From Dehalococcoidia bacterium (GTDB lineage: Bacteria; Chloroflexota; Dehalococcoidia; SZUA-161; SpSt-899): a stretch of DNA of 64,000 nt. Numbering within the stretch: the stretch's first letter is position 1; each line of letters opens with the position of its first letter. Position numbers and translations under genes: made by a program. Below are positions 1-8,529 of the stretch, piece by piece. The notes under the pieces were generated by a model. That model did not search any database and was not told where the DNA came from. It saw only the letters and a program-made list of their open reading frames with translations. Location: assembly GCA_041300025.1 (NCBI GenBank), contig JBGLNL010000001.1, positions 427,888-491,887 of the forward strand, given 5' to 3'.

Positions 1-2
1 CA

Positions 3-266
3 TTTCAAATTGACGATACAGCCCGAACAGAGATCGACAGGGCGGATCGGGAATTAATCGCATCCATGTGTTCCTCTGATGCAGCCAATTTTTTCTCGCT
101 GATTAAGAAAGAAAAAGACGCCCGGCGCATCTGCGGACTGACTCCGATCTATTTAACCCTCAGGATACTCGGCAATGCTCACGGTAAAATGTGCGGCTAT
201 GACCAGTGTCCCGCCGATGGTACGGATACTTCTCTTGTCTCTATTTGCGGAGTAGTGCTGGAGTAG
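3..266 (+). CDS. 3' end of an unidentified gene entering from the left window edge
   Basis: Frame 3 is open from base 3 with no stop before the listed Met at 66. The C-terminus is Cys-rich. No family recognised. Confidence 0.4.
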   Translation, partial: FQIDDTARTEIDRADRELIASMCSSDAANFFSLIKKEKDARRICGLTPIYLTLRILGNAHGKMCGYDQCPADGTDTSLVSICGVVLE

Positions 267-423
267 GGTCGCCAGTGTAAGTTTTTACTTATCTGCGCAG
301 TGCGATGTGCATGTGCATGAATAACTTGCTCATGGATAGTTACTCATGAGAAATTTGAATGTGATAGAATAACAGCGTAGCAAATAATTTCTCAATTCGA
401 AATCGGAGGATTCGTATAGGGCA

Positions 424-831
424 ATGAGCAGGAAAAAACACAAACCCTTTCTTCAGACAAATCAGGGAAGAGGAATAGTAGGCTTAGTTGCTATTGGGAT
501 CGCCTTTATATTTGTGTTTACCCTGATACCCAAAAATACTTCAGATAATCAGGCGGATGAAGATGAGTTGGAAAATGTTCGTCATGGCATTGAGGAAATG
601 TTGCAGGATACCTCAATTGTGAATTTTCAGACAGATGAGCGAATTGAGGGTTTTGTGGATACCGAGTCCAGCGCAACGAGGGATATGACCGATGGCGGCC
701 TGATCGACATAGTAGATAGTTATGTAAAGAGCGGAAGCATTTCACCATTGAGTGAGTATCTTGGGGGAGACGTCACCATTTATTACTACTGGCTCGAAGC
801 TGACGGCACGCTGCATCAGGAAGTGCCATAG
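424..831 (+). CDS. hypothetical protein with an N-terminal membrane anchor and an acidic C-terminal domain
   Basis: 135-aa ORF. One hydrophobic helix (GIVGLVAIGIAFIFVFTLI) follows a basic N-terminus. GGAGG-like sequence (aatcggagga) upstream. Confidence 0.5.
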   Translation: MSRKKHKPFLQTNQGRGIVGLVAIGIAFIFVFTLIPKNTSDNQADEDELENVRHGIEEMLQDTSIVNFQTDERIEGFVDTESSATRDMTDGGLIDIVDSYVKSGSISPLSEYLGGDVTIYYYWLEADGTLHQEVP

Positions 832-885
832 CTATCGTTGCGCTTTCTTGACCCCTCTCTACCCCCTTGATATTATGGACATGAC

Positions 886-1860
886 ATGATCCAGTTCGAA
901 ACACCCCCATTCAGGCCCCCCAGCGAAGCGCAGTCCCTGCTGGTGAGAGCCACTCGCAACTGTCCCTGGAACCGCTGCGCCTTCTGTTATGGAATGCACT
1001 GGAACCGTCAGAAGCTTGAGTTGCGTCCGGTGGAGGATATCAAACAGGATATTCGGAATATGAAAGCACTGGCCGATGAGATCATTGCCTGGGCCGAGCA
1101 GAACAATTACAGGGATCAAATCGAGCGAGTGGCTGCTTCCAACGGCATCCTGTGGCTTACCAATGAAGGAGTAAAAACCGCCTTTATCGGCGATTCCGAT
1201 AGTCTTATCATGAAAACCCCGGATCTTCTTGAAGTTGTCGAATTCATGCACCGGACTTTTCCCACGCTGGAACGCGTGACCAGTTACGCTCGGGCCAAAA
1301 CAGTTTTGAGTAAGTCTCAGGATGAACTGGCGCAGCTTCGGCAGGCAGGGCTCACCAGATTGCATCTTGGATTGGAAACCGGCGACGACGAATTACTGAA
1401 ATTCATAGATAAAGGCGCTACCGCAGAAGAAATGATCGAAGCCGGGAAACGGGTCAACGCAGCCGGCATATCCCTTTCCGAATATGTGATCCTGGGGATG
1501 GGTGGCCGAGACAAGTGGGAACAGCACGCCCGTGGAACGGCCCGAGTACTCAACGCCATCGATCCCGCCTTCATCAGGGTGCGCACGCTGATAGTCTTCC
1601 CGGGGACACCGCTTCAGGAGGCTATCGATCGTGGAGAATTCCATCAAATATCCGCCGAAGAAGTCTTGCGCGAGGAAAGGCTGCTCATCGAATTGCTGGA
1701 GGTAAATTCGGAATTTGTTTCCGATCATGTTTCAAATTATCTTCCCATCAACGGCAAGCTGCCGGAGTCAAAGGCGGAAATGCTGGAGCAAATAGATACC
1801 GTTCTGGCAGTCTCTGCTTCTCCAAATAAACTGAGACTTTGGCGCGAGGAGCATCCCTGA
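886..1860 (+). CDS. radical SAM domain protein
   Basis: Cys triad NCPWNRCAFC near the N-terminus, spacing Cx4Cx2C rather than Cx3Cx2C. Length 324 aa. Stop overlaps the dnaX start (TGATG). Confidence 0.7.
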   Translation: MIQFETPPFRPPSEAQSLLVRATRNCPWNRCAFCYGMHWNRQKLELRPVEDIKQDIRNMKALADEIIAWAEQNNYRDQIERVAASNGILWLTNEGVKTAFIGDSDSLIMKTPDLLEVVEFMHRTFPTLERVTSYARAKTVLSKSQDELAQLRQAGLTRLHLGLETGDDELLKFIDKGATAEEMIEAGKRVNAAGISLSEYVILGMGGRDKWEQHARGTARVLNAIDPAFIRVRTLIVFPGTPLQEAIDRGEFHQISAEEVLREERLLIELLEVNSEFVSDHVSNYLPINGKLPESKAEMLEQIDTVLAVSASPNKLRLWREEHP

Positions 1861-2141
1861 TGGCAGAGGTTTTCTACCGCAAATGGCGGCCCCGTACCCT
1901 TTCGGAAGTAGTGGGACAGGAGCCGGTAACTAGAACCCTGATGAATGCCCTCATCACCGGGCGGGTGGCACATGCGTATCTCTTTTTCGGGCCCCGGGGT
2001 ACTGGCAAAACCAGCACCGGGCGCATACTGGCCAAGGCGGTCAACTGCCTGCATAATGAAACCGGCGAACCATGTAACGAATGTGCCAGTTGCCAGGCAT
2101 TCAACGAAGGGCGAGCCATCGACCTGATCGAAATCGATGCT
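1860..2141 (+). pseudogene. dnaX: DNA polymerase III gamma/tau subunit, 5' fragment only (about 94 codons)
   Basis: MAEVFYRKWRPRTLSEVVGQE..., Walker A FFGPRGTGKTS, zinc module CNECASCQAF, then DLIEIDA. Homology stops here and no frame continues DnaX-like. A stop follows at 2177. Confidence 0.8.
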
Positions 2142-2312
2142 TACTATGGGAATGGCAGTTACAACGGCCGCAGATAAAACCGCATCATCCCAGTCGCTAA
2201 AGTTGTTGACCATAGCAATAATGTGGGATACCCAGAACAAAGCGCTCCCGAACAGCAGAAATACTCCTGCCCGGAACCAGTATTTCCTTTTCCTGCTTTC
2301 CGGGTATTTCAT
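2142..2312 (-). pseudogene. 5' fragment of a small membrane protein, 3' end lost at the same junction
   Basis: MKYPESRKRKYWFRAGVFLLFGSALFWVSHII... is plausible for about 57 codons. The ORF then runs on only as the antisense of dnaX. Confidence 0.35.
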
Positions 2313-2369
2313 TTCGAAATCACTTTCCGTCGAGCAAGGGAATATGGCCCCTCTTATTCAAGGCAGCTC

Positions 2370-3029
2370 TTAAAGATAGGGGAAAACATTCTTGCGAACG
2401 AACTCGAAATTTCGCTGCACCTTATTGGCGCCGGAGACGATTCCCATATGTCCGGGGAGTAAGTGCTCAATTTCGAGTTTGGAAAGCGCTTCTATGCTTT
2501 CCTTGAGCTGATCCCCGCTCCCGCCCGGGAAATCCACCCGGCCGGTGTTTCCGGCAAAGACAACGTCGCCACAGATGGCTGCTTTCTGATCGCTGTTGTA
2601 GAAACAAATGCTGTCCGGGGAATGGCCGGGGGAATTGATGATCTCAAATTCCAGCTTGCCCGTGTTTAACTTCTCGCCCATAATTTCATCTTCCCTGATA
2701 TGAACGGGGGCCATGCCGAAAACTCCGGAGACGCCAACCACAGTCAAATCGTAGAATTTTTTCTGCAGGGGATGCAGGAGGATTTTGGCACCCGATATTT
2801 GCTTGAGTTCCTCGCAGGCCCAGTAATGATCCAGATGAAGGTGAGTATTGAGAATGATATCGATATCCTCGGGTTTAATACCATCGAACTCAAGGGCTCT
2901 CAAGAGTCCGGGCAGGTACTGATCCAGACCGGGGTCGATCAGAACGGTGGTCTCATCTTTGATCACATAGGTGTTACAATCCATCATTCCAGTTTCGGGG
3001 AAATAAAATATGTTATCGGTGATTTTCAT
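2370..3029 (-). CDS. MBL-fold metallo-hydrolase (glyoxalase II-like)
   Basis: HLHLDH (HxHxDH) motif. 219 aa, typical beta-lactamase-fold length. Confidence 0.85.
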   Translation of the reverse strand: MKITDNIFYFPETGMMDCNTYVIKDETTVLIDPGLDQYLPGLLRALEFDGIKPEDIDIILNTHLHLDHYWACEELKQISGAKILLHPLQKKFYDLTVVGVSGVFGMAPVHIREDEIMGEKLNTGKLEFEIINSPGHSPDSICFYNSDQKAAICGDVVFAGNTGRVDFPGGSGDQLKESIEALSKLEIEHLLPGHMGIVSGANKVQRNFEFVRKNVFPYL

Positions 3030-3087
3030 TTCAGCACTTCCCTTGCCTGAAGCTGATGGCAGGCAACCAGTACTTGATTTCTGTTTC

Positions 3088-3423
3088 CTACCACACCACC
3101 ACTTCGTTAATCTTATACTGTTCGCGCAGCTTCCGAATTATTTCATCGCGAATCTTTGCATCCCTGATAGGTTCTATTTCCGAGATCGGCAAGCCATTGT
3201 CATTGGTTCGGCATTGCCAGTTTTTGAGGTATCCGGGAACCATGATGTAAAGATGAGGCGGATACCATCCGGCGCAGCATCCACCCATAGCACTTGTGTG
3301 CCCCACAAAATAAAGAACTTCCTCATCCCCGTAGGTAAATGTGCCCTCTTCCGACTTCCATACGCAGCCTGTTGAATATTCAATCTCTTCATTCAGAGGG
3401 AAATGGGCATATTCTTCAACCAT
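3088..3423 (-). CDS. hypothetical protein
   Basis: 111-aa ORF with GGAGG upstream (aaaggaggcattttgaaATG on the minus strand). No family recognised. Confidence 0.5.
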   Translation of the reverse strand: MVEEYAHFPLNEEIEYSTGCVWKSEEGTFTYGDEEVLYFVGHTSAMGGCCAGWYPPHLYIMVPGYLKNWQCRTNDNGLPISEIEPIRDAKIRDEIIRKLREQYKINEVVVW

Positions 3424-3450
3424 TTCAAAATGCCTCCTTTCATGATAGGG

Positions 3451-3545
3451 AACCTCTGATCAACCCCCTGTATCCCCCAATCATGGGGGAAGACCGAAGC
3501 TGGGGGACACCCCCAGACCCCCGAAGTCACCACTTATTCAGAAGT
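3451..3545 (+). repeat. G5/C5-hairpin intergenic repeat, copy A (short form)
   Basis: tgatcaaccccct-gt-ATCCCCCAATCATGGGGGA-...-TGGGGGACACCCCCA-gacccccgaagtcaccacttattc. Shares modules with copies at 5201, 16430, 43895 and 54976. Confidence 0.85.
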
Positions 3546-3602
3546 TCCATAATTTACTTTCGCTATGCGGGATAACGGAGTGACGAAACAATCTTTAGTT
3601 AT

Positions 3603-5144
3603 CTAGCTCCTGCTTTCGCTGCTCTTTTTAGGGTAGCTGCGGCGGTAGCGAGTCTGCGGTTTACGCGGAACCGGTTTCGGCGGCTCAGCCTCTTTGTTCG
3701 GAGGGGGAGGCAACTTGGCAGATAATGCATCTTCAGGATAAGTGCATTTCAATTTCCCGCCCAGGAATTTTTCGATGGCGGGAAGCTGGAAGGACTCATC
3801 CTCGGTGGCGAAACTGACAGAAGTGCCGGCAGCGCCTGCCCTGCCGGTACGCCCGATGCGGTGCACATAGTCCTCCGGATCCATTGGCAGGTTATAATTG
3901 ACTACGTGGCTGATGCCCTCCACATGAATGCCTCTTCCTGCCACATCGGTAGCTACCAGCACCCTGATCTTGCCGGAACGGAAATTTTCCAGAGTCCTGA
4001 TACGTTTCCTCTGATCTACATCACCGGAAAGAATATCACAGTTGATGCCGTACGCGCTGAGCTTATCCGCCAGCCGTTTGGTGACATCGCGGCGATTGCA
4101 GAAAACGATGACTCTTTCCAAGTTCTGCTGGGTAATGAGATTGTAAAGGAGCTTGAATCTCTCCTGAGAGGTTGTCAAATAGACAATCTGATCGACGGTA
4201 TCGACGGCTACCTGCTCCGGCTCGATATCGACTGTTACCGGATCGCGGGTCCACTGGGAAGAAAGCCGGGTGACTTCCGGAGTGAGAGTGGCACCAAAAA
4301 ACATGGTCTGCCGTTTGGTTCTGGGCGGAGTGCTGTGGATTATCTGGCGCATATCTGGAATAAAGCCCATATCCAGCATCTGATCGGCTTCGTCAATAAC
4401 GAGGATTTCAACCTTGTCCAGATGAATATCTCCCCGCTTTTTGAAATCCAGCAGTCTCCCCGGAGTCGCCGCCACAATATCGACAATTTCATTGGTCAGC
4501 ATTTGCTGCTGTTTTTTGTAATCCATTCCGCCGAAAACAGCGGCCACTTTACACTGAGAGTATTTCCCCAGTGCATTGGCATCCTTTTGAATCTGCAGGG
4601 CCAGTTCACGAGTGGGAACCATTATCAGGGCACGCGGTGTGCCCGGCTGGCGATTTCCCTCAATAGGGTTTTTCTTGAAATGGTTCAGAATGGTAATCAG
4701 GAAGGCAGCGCTTTTGCCGGTTCCGGTTTGCGCCCGGCCGGAAGCATCGACTCCGGTGAGGGTATGCGGAAGAATTTCTGCCTGAATGGGAGTGCAATAT
4801 TCGAACTTCAAATCGAAGATTGCATGCATGATCTCTTCCGGCAGATTGAGATCGTGAAAGCGGGTTTTTCCTTCCTTAGGTTCAACCTTGAACTGTGCCA
4901 GGCTCCATCTGGGTTTGGGCGGCGCTTTTGCTTTTCCCGTGTCAGCAGAAGGTGAAGGCTTTTGAGTTGCCTGAGCAGGTTTTCTGCTCTGCCGGGCGGG
5001 TCGAGGTTCGGGAGCGCGGTTTACCGATTGAGGCTCTGGCTTTTCAACAGGGACGGGACTGGTAACGGTAGTTTCCTTCTTTTGCTCTTCTAAATTGTTC
5101 CCGGATAATTTTTCACGAATGTTTTTGATGAATTTGCGAAACAT
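3603..5144 (-). CDS. DEAD-box ATP-dependent RNA helicase with a Lys/Pro-rich N-terminal extension
   Basis: Q-motif region, [30 protein letters not shown] at 5144 preferred over the TTG at 5174. Confidence 0.9.
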   Translation of the reverse strand: MFRKFIKNIREKLSGNNLEEQKKETTVTSPVPVEKPEPQSVNRAPEPRPARQSRKPAQATQKPSPSADTGKAKAPPKPRWSLAQFKVEPKEGKTRFHDLNLPEEIMHAIFDLKFEYCTPIQAEILPHTLTGVDASGRAQTGTGKSAAFLITILNHFKKNPIEGNRQPGTPRALIMVPTRELALQIQKDANALGKYSQCKVAAVFGGMDYKKQQQMLTNEIVDIVAATPGRLLDFKKRGDIHLDKVEILVIDEADQMLDMGFIPDMRQIIHSTPPRTKRQTMFFGATLTPEVTRLSSQWTRDPVTVDIEPEQVAVDTVDQIVYLTTSQERFKLLYNLITQQNLERVIVFCNRRDVTKRLADKLSAYGINCDILSGDVDQRKRIRTLENFRSGKIRVLVATDVAGRGIHVEGISHVVNYNLPMDPEDYVHRIGRTGRAGAAGTSVSFATEDESFQLPAIEKFLGGKLKCTYPEDALSAKLPPPPNKEAEPPKPVPRKPQTRYRRSYPKKSSESRS

Positions 5145-5200
5145 AATCTTTGATTTAATTCTACCATGAAACAAATCGAATTGCCTGATTATTTTAGGGA

Positions 5201-5366
5201 AACTTTGATCAACCCCCTAAATCCCCCACTCATGGGGGAAGTTTGTATTGGGGGACACCCCCATAACCCCCGGCAGGAAGAATCCTGCACTTCTTTTTCA
5301 GATAACCTGTTTGAGGCCGGGGGGATACCCCCATCCAGGCAGACCGAAATCACCACTTATTCTTCA
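5201..5366 (+). repeat. G5/C5-hairpin intergenic repeat, copy B (long composite form)
   Basis: Same core as copy A, plus aacccccggcaggaagaatcctgcac, the 15-mer ttttcagataacctg (5295-5309), and a second G/C hairpin with the tail accgaaatcaccacttattc. Confidence 0.85.
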
Positions 5367-5513
5367 GGTTTCTCACGAAACTTCTTTATCATTGGTTCCT
5401 TAGCAGGCTTGCTCAAGGCAGGCGCAACATGTAAAATGGAAAAGGTTATGCTCTCGCAAACTTGATCGAGCGCCAGTAAAGCCACTACCACAAAGAAAGA
5501 CAGGAGGAACCGA

Positions 5514-6713
5514 ATGAATTTTAAGTTCAGTAAGGAAGAAGAAGCCTTCCGACAGGAAATCCGGGATTTCATTAAAAAAGAAGTGCCGTCTGATTTCATC
5601 TGGGCTGATGTTGATACTCAGTACCGGGAAGAGGGCACGGAAGAGATTCGCAAGTTTGCGGAGGAAATGCGCAAGAAACTGGCTGCAAAGGGATGGCTGG
5701 GCATGTCATTCCCCAAGGAATACGGTGGTCAGGGGAAACCTCTGATATACGATTATATTCTGGCTGAGGAGATGAATTACCACAAAGTGCCCGGGCGTGA
5801 CCTCTACGGTGTTTCCATCGTCGGGCCCACCATTCTTCGTCTTGGAACCGAAGAGCAGAAGAAAAGATATCTGGGCGAAATTGCCCGGGGTGAAGTGGTA
5901 TGGTCGGAGGGAATGAGCGAAGCAGACGCGGGATCGGATCTGGCTTCCTTGAAAACCAAGGCCGTGCTCGATGGCAATGAGTGGGTAATCAACGGGGAAA
6001 AAATATGGTCGAGTGGCGCTCACGTTGCCGACCGTTATCTTCTTTTCGTTCGAACGGACCCCGCAGCGCCGCCTCACAAGGGTATCAGTTGCCTGCTCGT
6101 CGATCTGAACAACGCTTCCGGTATTAACATGAAGACCGATCAGCACATGGATGGTCTCTGGGCATTTAACATCGTCTCGTTTCAAGACGCCCGCGTGCCC
6201 AAAGACGTGGTGTTCGGAGGAGAGAATAACGGATTCAAAGTAATTTTGGAAACGCTGAATTTCGAAAGGCCTTTCAGCGGACTTTGCGTATCTTATGCTA
6301 AACGGGTACTTGATGACATGGTACAGTATTGCCGGGAGACCAAACGTGATGGCAAGCCTCTTGCCGAAAATCAGATAATCAGGCAGAAGCTGGCAGATTG
6401 CGCCACCCGGCTCGAAGTGGGACGAATGATGTCCTATCACGTAGTCTGGATGCAGAGTTTGGGACTGCCCACCCCGAAAGAAAGCAACATGATCAAGCTG
6501 TACGGCATTGAATCGACCAAAAAAGTGTATGATACCGCCATGCAGATTCTCGGCCCATACGCCCAGTTGAATGAGCAATCCAAATGGGCTCCGCTTCGTG
6601 GAGAAGTTAATTATCTCTATATGCGGGCCATCGGGCTTATGAGCGCAGGTGGCAGTCTGGAAATCATGAGAAATACCATAGCAGGGGCCGGGCTCCGCAT
6701 GCCCAAGGCGTAG
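5514..6713 (+). CDS. acyl-CoA dehydrogenase family protein (first of a tandem pair)
   Basis: ACAD N-, middle- and C-domain pattern, 399 aa, strong RBS (caggaggaaccgaATG). LNFER on the helix where IVD/LCAD carry their catalytic Glu. AGGS where MCAD has YEGT. Confidence 0.85.
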   Translation: MNFKFSKEEEAFRQEIRDFIKKEVPSDFIWADVDTQYREEGTEEIRKFAEEMRKKLAAKGWLGMSFPKEYGGQGKPLIYDYILAEEMNYHKVPGRDLYGVSIVGPTILRLGTEEQKKRYLGEIARGEVVWSEGMSEADAGSDLASLKTKAVLDGNEWVINGEKIWSSGAHVADRYLLFVRTDPAAPPHKGISCLLVDLNNASGINMKTDQHMDGLWAFNIVSFQDARVPKDVVFGGENNGFKVILETLNFERPFSGLCVSYAKRVLDDMVQYCRETKRDGKPLAENQIIRQKLADCATRLEVGRMMSYHVVWMQSLGLPTPKESNMIKLYGIESTKKVYDTAMQILGPYAQLNEQSKWAPLRGEVNYLYMRAIGLMSAGGSLEIMRNTIAGAGLRMPKA

Positions 6714-6751
6714 AATAATAACGGCATTAATTAGTCAAGGAGGAAAAGATA

Positions 6752-7864
6752 ATGGATTTCAAATTTACCGAAGAACAGGAAATGCTCCGCAACTTCGCCC
6801 GGAGCTTTATGGACGATAAAATTATCCCTGAACACGTCCGCGCGATGGAAGCCGACGAGAAGGGTTATTCACCGGATTACTGGAAACAGATGGCTGAACT
6901 TGGCTGGATGGGGTTGGTATTCCCTGAAGCATACGGGGGACAGGGCATGGGATTTTTTGAGCTGGCCATTCTCTTCGAAGAGATGGGGCGAGCCTGCTGT
7001 CCCGGTCCGTTCTTCTCTACTACCCTGTGCGGGATGGCCATTCTCGATTCCGGGTCTGAAGGGCAGAAAAAGGAGTTCCTGCCCCGGATCGCTGACGGGA
7101 AGATGATCATGTCCACGGCGCTTATTGAGCCTGCCGGCACTTATACGCAGGAAGGAATTGCCTTGAAGGCAACTGCCAAGGGCGATGGTTATGTGTTGAA
7201 CGGCACCAAACTGTTTGTAAATGATGCCAACTCAGCGGATTATTTCCTCGTAGCTGCAAAAACGGGTAAGGGCGTTACCATGTTCATCGTCGATGCCAAA
7301 AGCCCCGGTATCAGCATAACCATGCTGAACACCATCGCTTCCGATAAACAGGCTGAAGTCGCTTTTAAGGGTGTCACAGTGCCAAAGGCTAACGTCCTTG
7401 GCGAAGTTGGCAAGGGATGGGATATCATGCAAAAGGTCATACAGCGCGGTGCTATTGGCAAGTGTGCCGAGATCGTCGGCGCAGCCCAGAAGGTGCTGGA
7501 GATGACCATCGAATACTCAAAAACGCGAGTGCAGTTTGGCAAACCTATCGGCAGTTTTCAGGCAGTGCAGCACCATGCGGCCAACATGGCCACAGGTGTC
7601 GATGGCTCCAAGTTTATTACTTACGAAGCTGCCTGGCTGATGAGCGAGGGCGAGCCGTGTTCCAAAGAAATCTCTATGGCTAAGGCATGGTGCAGCGATA
7701 CCTATCAGCAGGTTCTCACCACTGCCCATCAGGTACACGGAGCTATTGGATTTACGATGGATCATGATTTGCAGCTCTATTTCCGGAGAGGCAAGGCTGC
7801 CGAACTGGCCTATGGCGATGCGGATTATCACCGCGAACTGATAGCCTGCGAGATGGGGATTTAA
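6752..7864 (+). CDS. acyl-CoA dehydrogenase family protein (second of the pair; no catalytic Glu seen by eye)
   Basis: ACAD-like over the full 370 aa. RBS aaggaggaaaagataATG. AYGD replaces YEGT and IQRG replaces the helix-G Glu position. Confidence 0.8.
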   Translation: MDFKFTEEQEMLRNFARSFMDDKIIPEHVRAMEADEKGYSPDYWKQMAELGWMGLVFPEAYGGQGMGFFELAILFEEMGRACCPGPFFSTTLCGMAILDSGSEGQKKEFLPRIADGKMIMSTALIEPAGTYTQEGIALKATAKGDGYVLNGTKLFVNDANSADYFLVAAKTGKGVTMFIVDAKSPGISITMLNTIASDKQAEVAFKGVTVPKANVLGEVGKGWDIMQKVIQRGAIGKCAEIVGAAQKVLEMTIEYSKTRVQFGKPIGSFQAVQHHAANMATGVDGSKFITYEAAWLMSEGEPCSKEISMAKAWCSDTYQQVLTTAHQVHGAIGFTMDHDLQLYFRRGKAAELAYGDADYHRELIACEMGI

Positions 7865-7904
7865 TCACCGGATAATCCCTGAAGTTTTACCTGATATGAA
7901 TTAA

Positions 7905-7941
7905 GGACGGCTCTCGTGAAAAGGAGCCGTCCTTTTATTTT
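7905..7941 (+). terminator. rho-independent terminator after the ACAD pair
   Basis: GGACGGCTC (7905-7913) pairs with GAGCCGTCC (7924-7932), followed by TTTTATTTT. Confidence 0.8.
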
Positions 7942-8050
7942 AATTTCCTTAACTGAACTGCAATAGGAGCCTCGCCTGCAGGAAGCAGAAAAGAGAGCTT
8001 AATCCTATTATTCAGAGTGGTTCAGTTTGCGGGGGGAAGGTCACGGTCTA

Positions 8051-8102
8051 TTGACAAAAGTTACCTGTTGGATTAGCATTAATATGCACATATTTACATA
8101 TG
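8051..8102 (+). promoter_or_regulatory. candidate promoter plus ArsR-type operator upstream of arsR
   Basis: TTGACA at 8051-8056 and TAGCAT 17 nt downstream. ATATG-CA-CATAT inverted repeat at 8082-8093, followed by CATATG. The related GCACATATG recurs at 8506-8514 upstream of the permease. Confidence 0.35.
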
Positions 8103-8111
8103 GATTGAGGC

Positions 8112-8474
8112 ATGATGAGAAATTTACTGCGAGCCTTCAAGGCCCTATCTGATGAAACCAGACTCAGAATATTGAATATTTTGATTCGAAGAGAGTGTTG
8201 TGTCTGTGAAGTCATGCAAGCACTTGATATATCCCAGAGCAGGGCATCTCGCAACCTCGGTGTTCTTTATGATGCAGGTTTCCTTCAACAGCGAAGGGAT
8301 GGAGTATGGACTGTCTATTCCATCGATAACGATGCAATCCATCGATATTTACCGCAACTGGTGGAGATTATTGGAGAGGGATTAAAAGGCAACCGGGAAG
8401 CGAACATTGATTTGGAAAGGCTCAAAACTGCCGAACGCATCGGCACGGGATGTGCGGGGGCCTGCGGGAATTAG
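8112..8474 (+). CDS. ArsR/SmtB family metalloregulator
   Basis: LSDETRLRILNIL wHTH and an ECCVCEV metal/metalloid-binding Cys motif. 120 aa. Confidence 0.85.
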   Translation: MMRNLLRAFKALSDETRLRILNILIRRECCVCEVMQALDISQSRASRNLGVLYDAGFLQQRRDGVWTVYSIDNDAIHRYLPQLVEIIGEGLKGNREANIDLERLKTAERIGTGCAGACGN

Positions 8475-8529
8475 AGCCCTTTTTTTGTGGGTGACATGCA
8501 GTTTTGCACATATGTAGGGATGTAGCTAT

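Noticed and set aside
3339-3575. Small ORFs sharing a recurrent peptide (INPLxPPxMGE..GGHP / PPDPRSHHLF) at 3339-3575, 5166-5465, 16249-16473, 54939-55166 and the tail of 43824-44417
   Set aside because: The similarity comes from the intergenic G5/C5 repeat being translated. Copies occur in both orientations and in different frames with indels, so there is no conserved reading frame.
3861-4955. 364-aa plus-strand ORF. Similar long antisense ORFs occur at 5706-6578, 26059-26700, 44809-45594, 57162-58031 and 58082-58699.
   Set aside because: All lie opposite strongly supported genes (DEAD-box helicase, ACAD, SDR/LivF, Prs, ClpC). They have no motifs or RBS and are shadow ORFs typical of moderately GC-rich DNA.
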